The position numbers and the translations under genes were made by a program. DNA of 64,000 nucleotides from contig NC_045706.1 in assembly GCF_009834535.1 (NCBI RefSeq), forward strand, positions 10,106,001 to 10,170,000. Direction: 5' to 3'. Every line of letters begins with the position of its first letter. Position 1 is the stretch's first letter. Positions 61,600 through 64,000 of this stretch are shown piece after piece. Under the pieces are notes generated by a model. It was not told the origin of the DNA, did not search any database, and saw nothing but the letters and a program-made list of their open reading frames with translations. The DNA comes from Camelus ferus (taxonomy: Eukaryota).

Positions 61600-61990
61600 A
61601 GCAGCCACTGTCTTCCCTTCTATTCCTCCACAAAGCTTGCTTCTACAGCCTTCTTCCCCTTCCTACAAATGCTGCTCTAATCCTGGGCATCCCTTCCCTT
61701 CATCCCCTCGCCTATTCAATTTCTACTCATCCTGTGGAACTCAACTTGACATCCTTGTGCAACGATGCCTCACCCGACTTCCAGACTAGGCCAGGTCTCC
61801 CAGGTACACACTTTCATTATCCCCCGTGGGATCAGAACGGCAAATAATGCCGAACTGTTTGATTATTAATGTTTAACGTGGGACTTAACTCCACGCGGGT
61901 ATGGGCTGTGTCTATCTCATTGGCTGTTGACTCTTCAACACCTGGAAGAGCACTCTGCTCACCTCGCGCAGAATTAAGCTGGTGGAGGGA
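61600..61990 (+). mobile_element. L2 fragments
   Basis: ctactcatcctgtggaactcaacttgacatcc...gcctcacccgacttccagactagg. Confidence 0.55.
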
Positions 61991-63242
61991 AGCGGATGAA
62001 TAAATATAAGCACAGTAATCGGGGGCTAGATTCCTGCCCCTGTCCTGTGGTGTCCTGTGTGGGCCCCGTTCCCCTCTCTGGGCTTCGGTTACCCCATCAG
62101 AAACATTTAAGAGCACCGAACAAGTCCATGGCAGCTACAGGCCTTCCCACATAAGTGTTCTAGGAATTTGATTTCCAGGGTCAGCCTACGGAGACCAGCT
62201 TTCAGATCACCTGGAAACTGCACCAAGGCATATTCAGAAAGTGGGTCATATCTTTGGGATAAAAACATCACTTAGAAACAAAAGTCATTCTAACTGGTCA
62301 AAGAGAAAGACTGAGTCATTGTGGCTACTTCTCTCCATAGGAGCTCAACACGGTGAGACCGTGTGGCCGCCACCAGCAGAAAGGCAGACAAAACACATTA
62401 GTGGCCGCTCAGCCCTGGTGAGTAGCCACCAAGGTAGGAGGGGCGGGGAGGACCATCTGAGAGACAGCAGAGAAACCCAGGGGCCCATCCTGCTCCCAGT
62501 ACAGGCACCTGGGGCCAAGGTAAGGTACCCAGCACCTACTCTCAACCCTGAGCCAAGAATCCTCCAAGCTGAGGGGTCCTCAAAAAAGACCCTGCAGCCC
62601 CCAGCAGGGCAAGTGTCTGCACTTCTGAGCCTCAGTTCCCCAGCTCCCAAACAGAGATCTCAAAATCCACGCCACTGAGTTGCGACAAGGATTCAATGAG
62701 ACCTGCTTCTAAAGATTATGTCCCAGGGCGTGCCACAAAATAAGACCTTCAAGTACAGTGTTTAAAAAATAGTCCCAACTGTTCTTCTGTTCCTCTCCGG
62801 AACTACTGGGGACTTTCTAATCCTTCCGCATCCTTCTCTTCACATAGCAACTCAGCAGTCTAGACTTCTCAGCTCTTTTGTGTGGCCAAACCTTCACAGC
62901 ATTTTAAATAAACATCTCATGAACTTAAAAAAAATGAGTCACCCAAGACATTAAAAAAGTAACATGCACTGTGACTTCCTGAGCGGGGCCATGAGGCATT
63001 ATTACTGCGATTAGAGCGAGTCCCTCAAACTGAGCGGCTCTTCACATGGCCGGTGGCCAGCAGCCTGTGACGTAAGCCAGGGCTTTTCTTGTTCAAGGTC
63101 TTAGACTCGCACTGTAGTTTTGTTTTCCCAATAACCCCAGAGAAGAGCCCCATGGGGCATTATTTTTATTGAAATCTGAAATGATCCAGGACATCTGCAT
63201 TTGAGCCACTGACGACTGAACAGACCAAACCGCAAAACCTAC

Positions 63243-63269
63243 AAATAATGCCATTTGACTTTCTATTTT
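63243..63269 (-). CDS. Candidate 27-nt exon (KIESQMALF in phase 0)
   Basis: Acceptor aatgctttgtcacAG and donor ttt|GTAGGT. Confidence 0.35.
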
Positions 63270-63557
63270 CTGTGACAAAGCATTTTATTAGGTGCCTCAT
63301 TGACCAAAAGACATCAAATCATTCCAAGTACATGTTCCCCAGGCTTCCTGATGCAGCTGCAAGGGAGAGACTGGTGACTGCTGCCAACACTGTTTTCCCA
63401 TTTAATGGAATGAGTAAAAAGTGGTACCGTAGGTGCCGCCAGAGTTATCAGAAGCAGCCAGGGCAATGAGAGGTCTAGCGAAGGCGCCTTTTCGGCAGAG
63501 TCATTCGGGGCTTTGTTTATTACAAAGGTGCTGAACAAGATTTAAAAAATGACTTAC

Positions 63558-63627
63558 TTTATGACCGAGAATGTCATCAAGTGCCTCATGTGGACGACTG
63601 TCACTTGGATGAAATCACATTCACATC
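63558..63627 (-). CDS. Candidate 70-nt exon (DVNVISSK* in phase 0; SDSRPHEALDDILGHK after a 1-nt shift; xCECDFIQVTVVHMRHLMTFSVI in phase 1)
   Basis: Acceptor cacacactctgcAG and donor aaa|GTAAGT. Confidence 0.45.
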
Positions 63628-63799
63628 CTGCAGAGTGTGTGCTGGCAAGGAAGGCTGGCAGGGGACAAGGAGGCCTTTATTAGGGAAAAAACTACTTGGG
63701 ACTGACTTCATCCCAAATAAAGCAGCGTGGGACTGAAGGGTTCCCACAGGGGAATATGTGGATCTCAGTGTCCCCAAGTACATAATGCCACAGTCTCCT

Positions 63800-64000
63800 C
63801 ACTCAGCACTGATGTCATTCACTCATCACGTATATTGTACGGGGATCAGGCATCAGGAGTGAGGCCCGATCTTAGGGCACGAGGCTGAACAAAACAGACA
63901 TGCTCCCAGTCCTAGGGGGCAAGACAGACACTGAAGAGTGACAGCCTTATCAGGGAGCTACAGCTGTCACACGCGCCATGAAGGAGAAGGCGGGTCTGTG
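63800..64000 (-). mobile_element. L2 3' fragment
   Basis: tcattcactcatcacgtatattg...gaacaaaacagacatgctccc. Confidence 0.6.

Noticed and set aside
63314-63538. Minus-strand ORF with a GPI/TM-like LPWLLLITLAAP stretch
   Set aside because: Its acceptor is only about 25 nt from the upstream donor, below the minimum intron size
1-64000. CRISPR arrays, rRNA, operons or intact transposase/RT ORFs
   Set aside because: No regularly spaced repeat-spacer array or rRNA-like sequence; all mobile elements are truncated or degenerate

Overview
Mammalian genomic DNA, very likely camelid: a tRNA-Ala-derived Vic-1-type SINE sits at 30004. It has three N gaps, each inside a repeat. Much of the window is decayed interspersed repeat: L1, L2, MIR, MaLR MLT1, ERV LTRs, MER5A, MER20 and Tigger1 derivatives. 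I recognise no protein-coding gene by name, and most ORF-track entries look like chance ORFs. The clearest non-trivial element is a full-length U6 snRNA copy fused to an L1 3' end (U6/L1 chimeric retrocopy, 41666-42643), inserted into an MLT1 LTR. The main hypothesis is a series of minus-strand exon-like segments with splice signals (63.6, 63.25, 61.2, 59.8, 59.6, 53.0, 47.1, 11.3 and 2.8 kb). Several join in phase into natural-looking peptides but carry single lesions (in-frame TGA, an AG-to-AT acceptor change, 1-bp indels). This suggests one or two unidentified genes decaying into unitary pseudogenes, or assembly errors in live genes. Repeat names come from recalled consensus similarity, not a database search, and repeat boundaries are approximate.
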